A stretch of 64,000 nucleotides of DNA from Vulcanimicrobiales bacterium (GTDB lineage Bacteria > Vulcanimicrobiota > Vulcanimicrobiia > Vulcanimicrobiales > Vulcanimicrobiaceae): assembly GCA_038231455.1 (NCBI GenBank), contig JBBRLI010000013.1, positions 27,147 to 91,146 of the forward strand, given 5' to 3'. Under the pieces are notes generated by a model, which did not search any database, had not been told where the DNA came from, and saw nothing but the letters and a program-made list of their open reading frames with translations. Both the position numbers and the translations under genes were made by a program. This document shows, piece by piece, positions 16,102-26,095 of this stretch; positions within the stretch are counted from its first letter, which is position 1; every line of letters begins with the position of its first letter.

Positions 16102-19025
16102 GCGGCCTCCTCGCGCGTCGATTCGAGTGAAAAGACAATTGCGTCGAGCGCGCGATCGAGTTCCGGGTCAGCCGGTAAAGTCGTGACGTCTGCATCGACG
16201 CTGAGCGCGGCGATGAGTGCGTCGCGATAGGTCCGAAGTGCGCGCGTAAGTGGCGCGTCGCCTTGGACGTCGGTTCCGATGAGGTGAGCGAGCACCGTGA
16301 ACGACGCAGTCGATCCGAGCGGCGCTCCGACGAATGCGTCAAGTAGCGCGCGCAAGGCGTTCCGATCGACCGACGTATCCGCCACGATACCATCGGCATC
16401 GGTCGACGCCCCAGTCGCCTCGATGGTTTGGAGGACAAGCGCCCGCAGCGCTGTACGCGACGCGCGATCTTCGAGATCCGTCGACTCGACCGCGAATCCA
16501 GGGAGTCGCAGTTTGATCAACAGCCGATCGAGGACGGCCCGGCGCGCGGCGCGTTCGTGTGCAAGCGCATCCAAAAGTGCAAGCGACGCGCCGGGGATGG
16601 CGCCTGCGGTCAGGACGCGCAGTGCAAGGATGTGCCGGATAAAGCCGGGGACGGCGGCGGCGCGCAAATAGCGGACGATCGTTGCGCGTTCCGTTTGCTC
16701 GTACGATGTTGCGACACGAACCATATCAACCAGCGGAGGCTCGATCTCTGCGAAGATCGACTTCTCGGCAAGCGGGACGCCGGTCGCCTCCGCGAGACGG
16801 GAGAACACGACGATCGGATCCGCATAAGAGGTGAATGATTGGTCCGGCTGTGGGATTTCGCGCGTGCGGCCAACCGCGATTCCGTCCAGGGCGAAGCCGA
16901 GATCGTCCGGTGCGACCGGTATCGCGGCTTGTGCATGAACGGTCGTTGGTTGCGCCTGAAGCGCCGATACGACATCACCGAGCACGAGTTCGAGAATCGG
17001 GCTAAATTGGATTCCGTCGGCGAGCGTCGAGTCGAGTTGAATCAGAAATGCGATGTCGATTCGTGCAACGGCGATGTTGCGCAAAACGATCGCGCGATCG
17101 AGCGCTCCGGTTTCGCCGGGGCCATCGATCACGCGAAGGCCGTTGATCCTCGTCGAACCCGGCATATAGCGCGCACCGGTGAGTGCGTCGAGACGGAACG
17201 CAATGCGTTCGGCGGGCAACGCGCCCGCAAGGACGATCGAGGCCGTATACGCGATCGTTTCTCCGGCGATGGCATCGGTCGATTCGGCCGTGAGGCTCGC
17301 ACGCTCGATGCAAACGTTCGCCGAGCGGTCGAGTGCGTAGGGATCGAGTCGACGCACGATGCCGCCCTGCATGCGTACGATGCCGCTAATCGAAGCGCCG
17401 TCGCGCGTTCCCGGCGCGCGTCGATCGTCGATTGTGACGCTCGCCGTATAGTCTGCACCGGCGGCGAGATCGCCGATGTGCATGATGGACGGGCTTGCGA
17501 CGAGATGTTCACCGGCGACGATCGTGAGTTCGACGTCGCGAGCGGTGTCGGTGCCGATGTTGGAGAGTGTAACTAGATAGTGTCCATCGCCGCGTGGAGC
17601 GATCCACGCGACGGCATCAATTGCGGCGAACCCGTGCGCTGCAAAGGTAATTGGTTCGAGTGCGAGCGGCGCGACGTTATCGGCGTGGATCGTCGCGCCG
17701 AGCGGAATGCAGGCGCCATCGCCGAGCAGTGGTTCGTTGATCGCGATTGCAAGTGCGCGCGCCTCGCCCGCCCCGATATCGCCAAGGACGCGTTCGCACG
17801 GCCCGTTTGTGCCGTCGAACGCCGCGTGCCCCGCGAACACTAACCGGACGTTTCGCGCGCTCGTCGTCCCGTCGTTGAGAAGGTTTGCAACGACCGTGAG
17901 TTCGCCGCGCGCGGGGTCGCGTTCGAGCGTCAGGCGCGAACGCTCGCGTGTGAAGCGTGGATGGGACGCGATCGTCGACAAGTAGTCCGCACCAGTTGCG
18001 ATGCAGTCAGATGCGAGCAATTCGACGGAGATGCTGGCCGGCGTTCGATCCTCGCAACCGGCAAGACAATCGATCGGCACTCGCACGTCCAGCACGGCAC
18101 CCGGTGCAAGGGTCCCGATCGGAATACCGAGTTCGCGTTCGTCGCGACGTGGAGCTGCGGCGCGCGCGCGGCGCGTCGGGGAGGGGAGCGGTGCGCCGAA
18201 AACCAGGACGCCGCGCCGGTCGAGCGCGAGTGTTGGGGTGACGCGGACGCGCAGCGTGACGTCGCGCGCTTCGCGCGGTCCGGCGTTTGCCGCGTTGATC
18301 GTCGCGTGCGAGCGACGGCCCGAAATGAGCGGCTCGCACGTAATGCGGCAATCGGCAAGGACGATCGGCGTGTCGTTCGGACAGGACGCGGGTGCTAGCT
18401 CGAGCGGATCGAGCGCGCTACAAGCAACGCGCACACCGGATAAGACGATCGACTCGCCGTCGATGCGTTCGTCCGGCGCGATCTCGCATGTTCGTTCCGC
18501 GCATTCGCCGACTTCGAGCGTTTCGATGAAGATTCGATCGGGATTCGCCGTCGTCCCAAGCGGTGCCGGAATGGCAAGGGTGAGGTCGCGCGCGCACGCA
18601 TTACCATCGTTGATCAGGGAGATCGTCGCGCGGTAGCCGCCGTCGGCCGGTGCGATCGCGACGCGCGAGGCCGTCAACCGCGGGAGACTCACCACGCGAA
18701 CAACAACGACGTTCGAGCCGACGATCCGTCCAAGGGGTGTCGTTATCTCGGCGCAGATTGGCACGACCGTCCCCGATTCGATCGACGCAAGAAGCCGAGT
18801 CCGGATCCGGACGACCCGCTCTTCGCCGGGCGCGAGCGCATCGAGTTCGACGGACTCGCCGCCATCCTCGGCGCGTAGCTGCTCGGGCAAGAGAAAGCGA
18901 ACGGACATTCCCACGGCGGTGCTTCCTCCCAGATTCGGAACGGTCAGGGAGAGGTCGATGCGATCGCCCGGCGCGCGGTCGCCAGCGGGCTCGGCGATGA
19001 GGGAGAACAACTCTTCACGTCTCAT
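16098..19025 (-). CDS. Large protein with repeated DUF11/CARDB-like Ig-fold modules
   Basis: Repeats of 'NxGxxxAxxVxL...G(D/T)LxxG' (NLGGSTAVGM, NDGNACARDL, NAGPREARDV, NDGTTSARNV, NIGTDTARDV) and 'YMPGSTRING'; start may be 19043. Confidence 0.65.
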   Translation of the reverse strand: MRREELFSLIAEPAGDRAPGDRIDLSLTVPNLGGSTAVGMSVRFLLPEQLRAEDGGESVELDALAPGEERVVRIRTRLLASIESGTVVPICAEITTPLGRIVGSNVVVVRVVSLPRLTASRVAIAPADGGYRATISLINDGNACARDLTLAIPAPLGTTANPDRIFIETLEVGECAERTCEIAPDERIDGESIVLSGVRVACSALDPLELAPASCPNDTPIVLADCRITCEPLISGRRSHATINAANAGPREARDVTLRVRVTPTLALDRRGVLVFGAPLPSPTRRARAAAPRRDERELGIPIGTLAPGAVLDVRVPIDCLAGCEDRTPASISVELLASDCIATGADYLSTIASHPRFTRERSRLTLERDPARGELTVVANLLNDGTTSARNVRLVFAGHAAFDGTNGPCERVLGDIGAGEARALAIAINEPLLGDGACIPLGATIHADNVAPLALEPITFAAHGFAAIDAVAWIAPRGDGHYLVTLSNIGTDTARDVELTIVAGEHLVASPSIMHIGDLAAGADYTASVTIDDRRAPGTRDGASISGIVRMQGGIVRRLDPYALDRSANVCIERASLTAESTDAIAGETIAYTASIVLAGALPAERIAFRLDALTGARYMPGSTRINGLRVIDGPGETGALDRAIVLRNIAVARIDIAFLIQLDSTLADGIQFSPILELVLGDVVSALQAQPTTVHAQAAIPVAPDDLGFALDGIAVGRTREIPQPDQSFTSYADPIVVFSRLAEATGVPLAEKSIFAEIEPPLVDMVRVATSYEQTERATIVRYLRAAAVPGFIRHILALRVLTAGAIPGASLALLDALAHERAARRAVLDRLLIKLRLPGFAVESTDLEDRASRTALRALVLQTIEATGASTDADGIVADTSVDRNALRALLDAFVGAPLGSTASFTVLAHLIGTDVQGDAPLTRALRTYRDALIAALSVDADVTTLPADPELDRALDAIVFSLESTREEAA

Positions 19026-19107
19026 GGGTGAGCCAGTGGACATCTTTTGGCAATAGTAGTTACCGGAAAGGGCGCCCGCGCTTGTCTCTCCAATCGCTCG
19101 CCTGAAG

Positions 19108-19788
19108 ATGGTCGATGCAACCACACTCCGGCGAGTCCCGCTCTTCCGCGATTTCGAGGACACCGAACTCGATCAAATCGCGGGAACCGTTGCGAACCGT
19201 CGCTTCGGCAAGCACCAGTTTATCGTCCGCGAAGCAGAGCCCGGCGATACGTTTTACATTATCGTGTCGGGTTCGGTCTCGGTGAGCCGCATCGCGCCGG
19301 ACGGGCGCGAGACGATTCTCTCGATCCTCAAAGAAGGCGATTTCTTCGGCGAGATGTCGATGTTCGACTCATCGCTGCGCTCGGCGTCGATTAAAACGCT
19401 TACCGATGTCGAAGTCGGTCAAATCAATCAGGCCGACTTTCTGGGACTGCTCGACCGCAATCCCAAGATCGGCCGGTTGCTCGTGATCGAGCTCTCGGAA
19501 CGCTTGCGCGCGGCGAACGCCCTCATTGCAGCGACGACCTCGCAAGACATCCGCGCGCGTCTCGCATCGCTCTTGCTGAACCTTGCCGAGAATTTCGGTG
19601 AGACGGCGACCAACGGTGTGCGGATTAGTCTGCGCCTAACCAATCAAGAGATGGCCAACATGATCGGCACGACGCGCGAGACGGTCAACCGCACGCTCAA
19701 CCGGTTCTGGGACGATCAGCTCGTCGACATGCGAACCTCGCACGTCGTCGTTGTCAATCAAGAGAAACTCCGGGCCCTTATCCCCTAG
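19108..19788 (+). CDS. Crp/Fnr family transcriptional regulator
   Basis: GDFFGEMS, RSAS cNMP-binding pocket; LTNQEMANMIGTTRETVNR HTH. Confidence 0.92.
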   Translation: MVDATTLRRVPLFRDFEDTELDQIAGTVANRRFGKHQFIVREAEPGDTFYIIVSGSVSVSRIAPDGRETILSILKEGDFFGEMSMFDSSLRSASIKTLTDVEVGQINQADFLGLLDRNPKIGRLLVIELSERLRAANALIAATTSQDIRARLASLLLNLAENFGETATNGVRISLRLTNQEMANMIGTTRETVNRTLNRFWDDQLVDMRTSHVVVVNQEKLRALIP

Positions 19789-19807
19789 CGATGTACGTGG
19801 CACGAGC

Positions 19808-20989
19808 GTGCGGGTGAACGCGGCAGCCATCCTCGAACTCACGATCGTCCTCGGCGCGCTAGCCGCCGGTGTCGCCGGTGTTGTGTTTGGATTACGCGCT
19901 CGCGCACAAGCACTCGGCGACCGGCTTGCGCTGCGACTCGCACTCGGTCGCGAAGGCACGCTGCTCGAGTCGGCGCGTCGTCTTGCGGATGCCTCGCGAC
20001 TCTCGGTCGATGCGGTGCGCGGGGCGCTCGACGCCGCGATCGGCGAGAGTGCACCGGCGGTCGATTTCTTCTTGATCTTCGAAGAAGAAGACGGCGAAAT
20101 GCGGTGCGCGTATGCAAGTGGCGCACGCGCCGTTTATTTTCCGCGCGCGGCGCTTGCGCTCGATGATCCGCGACTGGCCTCCATCATCGCGCGCGACCAT
20201 CATTCCATCGTGAACGATCCGGCGCCCGGCGCGGCTCTGCATCCGGCCGATCGTTCTTTCGGTCTTTTCCCGCTCGCGATCGGTGCGGGGCGTCACGTCG
20301 TGGTTTACGCCGGCTCGGCTGCCGGACCGATCGACGGTTCCGCCGAGACGATCGCCGCGATCGTCGAACAGGCGCGGCCCGCGTACCGGCTTGCGCTCGA
20401 ACGCGAAGACGACAAGCGCCGCGCGGAATTCGACGGCTTGACGGGGCTCTTAACGCCGCGCGCGTTTCGCGTGCGGCTTGCCGCGCTCCTCGACCGTTCG
20501 CGTAGCGATCCGCGCGCTCGGATCGCACTCCTTTTCGTCGATACCGACCACTTCAAGTCGTGGAACGATACGTTCGGGCACGAGTCCGGCGATTTGATCC
20601 TGCGCCAAATTGCGGAATTGCTTGCGCGCAGCGTCCGCACCGGCGAAGATCTTGTCGCCCGGAATGGGGGCGACGAGTTTTGCGTCGTCCTCACCGACAC
20701 CGACAAAGCCGAAGCCGTCGAGCGCGCGCTCACCCTTGCTTTGGCAATCGCTCGCGCCGATCGCTCCGTGCTGCACGCGGGAGGCGTTTCGGGACAGGTG
20801 GCAATTACCGCATCGATCGGCGTTGCCGCGCTTCCGACGGATGCGACGACGGCGGCCCAATTGCTCGAGCGCGCGGACGCGGCGATGTACCACGCAAAAA
20901 AGAACGGCCGCGATGGTGTCTCGTACTACGACGCCCAAAACGAACTGCGGCGAGCTACAACGGCAAACATTTTCCAAAAGGAGGGTTAA
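19808..20989 (+). CDS. Membrane-anchored GAF-like/GGDEF diguanylate cyclase
   Basis: FDGLTGL, DTDHFKSWNDTFGHESGD, RNGGDEF, ADAAMYHAKKNGR; start approximate. Confidence 0.85.
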   Translation: MRVNAAAILELTIVLGALAAGVAGVVFGLRARAQALGDRLALRLALGREGTLLESARRLADASRLSVDAVRGALDAAIGESAPAVDFFLIFEEEDGEMRCAYASGARAVYFPRAALALDDPRLASIIARDHHSIVNDPAPGAALHPADRSFGLFPLAIGAGRHVVVYAGSAAGPIDGSAETIAAIVEQARPAYRLALEREDDKRRAEFDGLTGLLTPRAFRVRLAALLDRSRSDPRARIALLFVDTDHFKSWNDTFGHESGDLILRQIAELLARSVRTGEDLVARNGGDEFCVVLTDTDKAEAVERALTLALAIARADRSVLHAGGVSGQVAITASIGVAALPTDATTAAQLLERADAAMYHAKKNGRDGVSYYDAQNELRRATTANIFQKEG

Positions 20990-21039
20990 AGGCAGAATTT
21001 CCGGGTACGGCACGCTGGTCTATCGTCGGAGGGTCTGCC

Positions 21040-23325
21040 ACGGAGAGTTCCCACTGGTTCGTTGACGAGCTTCCGCATGTCGTCTGGACGCAAGACGATC
21101 GCGGAGTGATCGATTCAGCGAACCGCCACTGGTTTGCTTACACGGGACGCTCGAGCGGCGATTCACTGACGATTTCGGACTTCGCACCGTTGATGCCGGC
21201 TGCCGAATTCGAGCGCTTTTTTGCGGAATTCACCGAGGCAATCGCAAGCGGTACTCCTTACGAAGTCGAGTTACGTCTCAAGAAGATTGGCGGCGAGGAC
21301 TCGACGTATCGTTGGCATACGATCCGTACGGCGCCGCACCGAGGTGAGGGCGAACGCATCATCCGCTGGGTCGGGAGTGCAACCGATATTCACGACCGCA
21401 AGCGTGCCGAGGCAGAACTGCGTGCAAAGAAAGAACTCATCGGCCGGGTCTTTGAGAGCACGGATGATTGCATTAAAATCCTCGATCGCGACGGGCGATT
21501 GATTTCGATGAATCTTTCCGGCCAGCGGCATTTGGAAATTGATGATATCGAGCCGTTGATCGGTTCGCTCTGGATTGAATTTTGGCACGGCGCTGACCGT
21601 GTTGCCGCTCAGCAAGCACTCGCCTCCGCGCTTGCCGGCGAGACCGGACGTTTTCAGGGGTATTTCGTCAGTGGTAAGGGCCGACCGATGTGGTGGAGCG
21701 TCGTCGTCACGCCAATTCTCGGCCCCGAGGGGACGGTCGAAAAAGTCCTCGCATTTTCGCACGACGTGAGCGACCTGCGCGCGATGAGTAATGCGCTCTC
21801 GCAAAGCGAACGATCCCAGCAGATTCTTGCGGACTCACTGCCCGCAATCGTCTGGTCCGCACAGTCCGATGGCGGCTTCGATTACTTTAACGAACGGTGG
21901 GCCGAATATACCGGCGCGCGGGTGGAAGAAAGTCTCGGGGCCGGCTGGACGCGCTTCGTGCATCCGGACGATGTCGATGCGAGCGTGATCGCGTGGTCGG
22001 TTGCGCGGGCGACCGGTGAGACGTACGAACAAGAACTGCGCCTGCGGCGTGGACGCGATGCATCCTATCGCTGGCACATCATTCGCGCGGTTCCCGTTCG
22101 GAACGATGCGGGTGAGATCATCCGCTGGTTCGGAACGACGACCGACATCGAAGAGCGTAAATTCGCTTACGAGCGCGAACGCGAATGGTCGAATTCCTTC
22201 CAGCGGGCGTCGCTGCCGCCGTCGCTACCGATGCTCCCCGGACTCACGTTTGATGCGGTGTACGAGCCCGGGCTCAGCGACGCCCAAGTCGGCGGCGATT
22301 GGTACGACGCACTGCGACTTGCCGACGGTCGCGTCCTCGTCTCCATCGGCGACGTTGCGGGCAGCGGCGTGCATGCAGCCGTCGTCATGGGCGTCGTGCG
22401 CCAGATTTTGCGCGGCATCGCGCAGGTCCACGCCGATCCTTCGCTCATGCTCGATGCAGCGGACCGTGCGCTGCGGGCCGAACATCCCGACGTGTTCGTC
22501 ACCGCGTGGGTTGGGGTGCTCGACCTCGTCACGCGCACGCTCACGTACGCGTCGGCCGGACATCCGTATCCGATTCTGATCGCGCCGAATATGGGCGTGC
22601 GCGAACTCGAACATTCGGCGCTGCCGCTTGGGTTACGCAAAGGACACGACGGCGTTGCGAACATGGTCGAGATCCCCGATCATGCGACGCTCGTGCTCTA
22701 CACGGACGGCTTGACCGAGTCAACGCACGACATTGCCGCGGGGAACGAGCGCCTACTCGAAGCGGCTCGCTCACGCACCGATGCGAGCGCGTCGTTTCCC
22801 GCGCACGCGATCGCTCGAGCCGTCATTCCCCACGGCTCGCATGACGATGTCGCGATTCTCGTCGCGCAAACCGATTACGCGCTGATCGAATCGCAGATCG
22901 AGCGCTGGACATTCGATGCCGGTGACATGTCGACGGCGACGCGGGCACGGCGCGCGTTTTGCGCCTCGCTCCAGTCGCGCGGCATTCCGTCGGATATGCT
23001 GCCGAATGCCGAGTTGATTTTCGGCGAACTCATCGGCAATGCGATCCGGCATGCGCCCGGCATGGTCGACGTGGTTGTAGATTACAGCACCGATCAGCCT
23101 GTGCTCCACGTCCTCGACCGCGGCGCGGGCTTTCGGCACATCAGCCGACTGCCGGCCGACCCGCTCAGCGAATCCGGGCGCGGTCTCTTTATCATCTCGT
23201 CGGTCGCCGAGGACTTCACCGTGACGCTACGGCCCGACGGCGGCAGCCACGCTCGCGTCATCATTGCGACCGCGTATGTGGGCGACGTCCGCGACCGCGC
23301 CGAGGCACAATCGTCCTTCGCGTAA
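21040..23325 (+). CDS. Three PAS domains + SpoIIE/PP2C phosphatase + RsbW-like HATPase fusion
   Basis: PAS/PAC motifs (W+GSATDIHDRK, WFGTTTDIEERK), VGGDWYD, GDVAGSG, LYTDGL, DDVAIL, ELIGNAIRHA, ESGRGLF; start uncertain (see findings). Confidence 0.85.
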   Translation, partial: TESSHWFVDELPHVVWTQDDRGVIDSANRHWFAYTGRSSGDSLTISDFAPLMPAAEFERFFAEFTEAIASGTPYEVELRLKKIGGEDSTYRWHTIRTAPHRGEGERIIRWVGSATDIHDRKRAEAELRAKKELIGRVFESTDDCIKILDRDGRLISMNLSGQRHLEIDDIEPLIGSLWIEFWHGADRVAAQQALASALAGETGRFQGYFVSGKGRPMWWSVVVTPILGPEGTVEKVLAFSHDVSDLRAMSNALSQSERSQQILADSLPAIVWSAQSDGGFDYFNERWAEYTGARVEESLGAGWTRFVHPDDVDASVIAWSVARATGETYEQELRLRRGRDASYRWHIIRAVPVRNDAGEIIRWFGTTTDIEERKFAYEREREWSNSFQRASLPPSLPMLPGLTFDAVYEPGLSDAQVGGDWYDALRLADGRVLVSIGDVAGSGVHAAVVMGVVRQILRGIAQVHADPSLMLDAADRALRAEHPDVFVTAWVGVLDLVTRTLTYASAGHPYPILIAPNMGVRELEHSALPLGLRKGHDGVANMVEIPDHATLVLYTDGLTESTHDIAAGNERLLEAARSRTDASASFPAHAIARAVIPHGSHDDVAILVAQTDYALIESQIERWTFDAGDMSTATRARRAFCASLQSRGIPSDMLPNAELIFGELIGNAIRHAPGMVDVVVDYSTDQPVLHVLDRGAGFRHISRLPADPLSESGRGLFIISSVAEDFTVTLRPDGGSHARVIIATAYVGDVRDRAEAQSSFA

Positions 23326-23370
23326 CCGCCCTTGGGGAATCTCGTGCCGGGTGCACGAATCAAAGGGGTG

Positions 23371-24528
23371 ATGTTTCGCTATTTGACGGCCGGTGAATCC
23401 CACGGGCCTGCCCTCGTTGGTATCCTCGATGGAATTCCGGCCCACCTGAAGCTCGACGTCGAGCGGATCGATGCGGCCCTGCGCGCGCGCCAAGGCGGCT
23501 ACGGCCGCGGCAATCGCATGAAGATCGAGACCGACCAGGTCGAATTTCTCGCGGGCTTGCGCGGTTCGGTGACGCTGGGTTCGCCGCTGGCGATCGTGGT
23601 GCGGAATAAGGATCACGCGAACGTGCGCGACTTGATGGACCCGCTCACGGGCACCGGCAAACCGCTGACGAACCCGCGACCGGGGCACGCCGACTACGCC
23701 GGCGCGATGAAATACCGCGAACGCGATCTGCGCAACATTCTCGAGCGCGCGAGTGCGCGCGAAACGGCGATGCGCGTAGCGATTGGGGCGATCTGCGCGC
23801 AGTTTCTCGAGCAACTCGGCATTCACACAACCTCGCATACCTCGCGCATCGGCTCGGTCGCGGCGCCGCCGCTCGATCGTATCGACCCGGCTATCGTCAA
23901 CGAGAGCGACGTGCGGTGTCCGGACCCGGCGACGGCGCAAGCGATGATCGATGCGATCGACGTCGCAAAGAAAGCGGGCGACACGCTTGGCGGCCAGTTC
24001 ACGATCACGATTACCGGCGTTCCGGCAGGCATCGGCAGCAACCGGCAACCCGATACGCGCCTCGATGGCGTCATCGCCGGTGCGCTCATGGCGATGCAAA
24101 CCGTGAAAGCCGTAGAAGTAGGCATCGGCTCGGAGGTCGGCGCGCTGCCGGGTTCCGAGGCGCACGACACGTTTGCCTACGCCGGAAGCGAACTCGTACG
24201 CGGCTCCAATCGCGCCGGCGGCATCGAAGGCGGAATGTCCAACGGTCAAACGATCAGCGTACGCGTGAGCGTCAAAGCGATTCCTACGTTGATGAAAGCG
24301 CTGCCGTCCGTCAATCTGCATGAAGGCGTGGACGCACCGGCATCGATTGTGCGCAGCGACGTCTGCGTGGTGCCGGCGGCGGGGCTCGTCGGCGAGGCCA
24401 TGGTGCTCATCGCGCTCATGGGTCCGATTCTGGAAAAGTTTGGCGGCGATTCGATGGAGGAGACGCGCGACAATTTCGAACGCTCCGTGTCGGCTGCAAA
24501 CGACCTCTTCAACGCGGCGCACCGGTGA
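23371..24528 (+). CDS. aroC: Chorismate synthase
   Basis: RYLTAGESHG, PRPGHAD, ERASARETA, NRAGGIEGGMSNG, RSDVC. Confidence 0.95.
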   Translation: MFRYLTAGESHGPALVGILDGIPAHLKLDVERIDAALRARQGGYGRGNRMKIETDQVEFLAGLRGSVTLGSPLAIVVRNKDHANVRDLMDPLTGTGKPLTNPRPGHADYAGAMKYRERDLRNILERASARETAMRVAIGAICAQFLEQLGIHTTSHTSRIGSVAAPPLDRIDPAIVNESDVRCPDPATAQAMIDAIDVAKKAGDTLGGQFTITITGVPAGIGSNRQPDTRLDGVIAGALMAMQTVKAVEVGIGSEVGALPGSEAHDTFAYAGSELVRGSNRAGGIEGGMSNGQTISVRVSVKAIPTLMKALPSVNLHEGVDAPASIVRSDVCVVPAAGLVGEAMVLIALMGPILEKFGGDSMEETRDNFERSVSAANDLFNAAHR

Positions 24529-25025
24529 GTCGGCCGATCGCACTCATCGGCTTCATGGCGGCAGGCAAAACGACGATCGGTCGACGCCTTGCAAAACTGC
24601 TCGCGCGCGAATTCGTCGATACGGATGCCGTCATCAGCGCCAAATACGGTCCGATCCCGGAGATTTTTGCAACGCAAGGCGAGGCGGCGTTCCGGCGCTA
24701 TGAATGTGACGTCGTGGCCGACGTCTTAGTCGGCGAGCGCGTGGTCGCACTTGGCGGAGGCGCGGTCACCTACGCGCCGACGCGGGCGCTCATCGCCGAG
24801 CGCGCGTACCGGATCTTCATCGAAACGACGCCGGCATTCACGCTCGAACGATTGAAGAACGCACGCGTTACGCGACCCCTCGCCGGCGCGGCGCCAACGG
24901 TGGAATCGCTCGCGGCGATCTTCGCCGAACGGTTGCCGTTCTACCGTGATGCGGACCTGACGATCAGTGGCGATGGCCGCACCAGTACCGACGTCGCTCG
25001 CGAGCTTGCGGAACGTTTAGCATGA
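24525..25025 (+). CDS. aroK: Shikimate kinase
   Basis: GFMAAGKTT P-loop, DTD, GEAAFRRYE, LGGG. Confidence 0.92.
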   Translation: MSRPIALIGFMAAGKTTIGRRLAKLLAREFVDTDAVISAKYGPIPEIFATQGEAAFRRYECDVVADVLVGERVVALGGGAVTYAPTRALIAERAYRIFIETTPAFTLERLKNARVTRPLAGAAPTVESLAAIFAERLPFYRDADLTISGDGRTSTDVARELAERLA

Positions 25026-26095
25026 CGCGCCTCGAAGAACTCGGATATCCCGTCATCGTCGGCGGCAACGTCGCAAAAGAAGTCGCGGCGATCGTCGCCG
25101 AGCGCGGATTCACGCGCGTTGCGATCGTGTGCGATAAGAACGTCGAGGCAATTGCGCGGCGCATCGGTCGCGCCATCAAAGGCCACTTAGGCGTCGTGCC
25201 GTTCGCCCTGGGCGAGCGCCGTAAGACGCTCGCGACCGTTAGCAAAGTGCTCGACGCACTCGCGGAGCTTGGCGCCGACCGACGTACGCTCGTCATCGGT
25301 GTCGGCGGCGGCGTCGGCGGCGATCTCTTTGGGTTTGCCGCCTCGATCTACATGCGCGGCGTGCCGTATCTCAACGTCGCAACGTCGCTCGTCGCGATGG
25401 TCGATGCGTCGGTCGGCGGAAAAACGGGCGTCGATTTGGCAGCCGGAAAGAATCTTGCCGGGACGTTCAAAGATCCGGTCGCCGTCGTTGCGGATATCGA
25501 TGCGCTTGCAACGCTCCCGGAGCGATTCTTGCGCGAAGGTCTTGCCGAACTCGTCAAGCACGGGATCATCGAAGGCAACGATGCCTTCGACTCGCTCGAG
25601 ACCCTCGCGCCGCATCCGCTGCGCAAGTGGCCGTGGGAGACCGTCGTATCGGAATCGATTCGCATCAAGGCGATGTACGTCAACGACGACCGCTTCGAGG
25701 CGGGCGCCCGCGAAGTGCTCAACCTCGGTCACACGGTCGGCCACGCGATCGAACGCGCGAGCGACTTCCGCATCACGCACGGCAACGCCGTCTCGATCGG
25801 ACTGCGGGCGGCGGGCCTGCTCGCGATGCGCACCAAGCGCTTCTCAACGCGCGATCACTTGCGCGTGCTCTCGCTACTCGCCCTCTTGCGATTGCCGCTC
25901 CACGTCGAGAACGTCAATGTTGGCGAGATCGTCGATGCGATGGGTGCCGATAAAAAGAAGCGCGACGGCATGTTGCGATTCGTGTTGCCGCGCAGTATCG
26001 GCGATGTCGAATTCGGCGTCAGCGTCCCCGCCGCGACGATCCGCTCGGTCATCACCCGCTGCACGCATCTTCCCGGAGATCGCGAATTCCGCTAG
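25022..26095 (+). CDS. aroB: 3-dehydroquinate synthase
   Basis: GGGVGGDLFGF, DASVGGKTG, GKNLAG, LNLGHTVGHAIE, HGNAV, DKK. Confidence 0.93.
   Translation: MTRLEELGYPVIVGGNVAKEVAAIVAERGFTRVAIVCDKNVEAIARRIGRAIKGHLGVVPFALGERRKTLATVSKVLDALAELGADRRTLVIGVGGGVGGDLFGFAASIYMRGVPYLNVATSLVAMVDASVGGKTGVDLAAGKNLAGTFKDPVAVVADIDALATLPERFLREGLAELVKHGIIEGNDAFDSLETLAPHPLRKWPWETVVSESIRIKAMYVNDDRFEAGAREVLNLGHTVGHAIERASDFRITHGNAVSIGLRAAGLLAMRTKRFSTRDHLRVLSLLALLRLPLHVENVNVGEIVDAMGADKKKRDGMLRFVLPRSIGDVEFGVSVPAATIRSVITRCTHLPGDREFR

Noticed and set aside
23326-23370. Leader peptide upstream of aroC-aroK-aroB
   Set aside because: The gap is only 45 nt with no aromatic codon cluster or terminator
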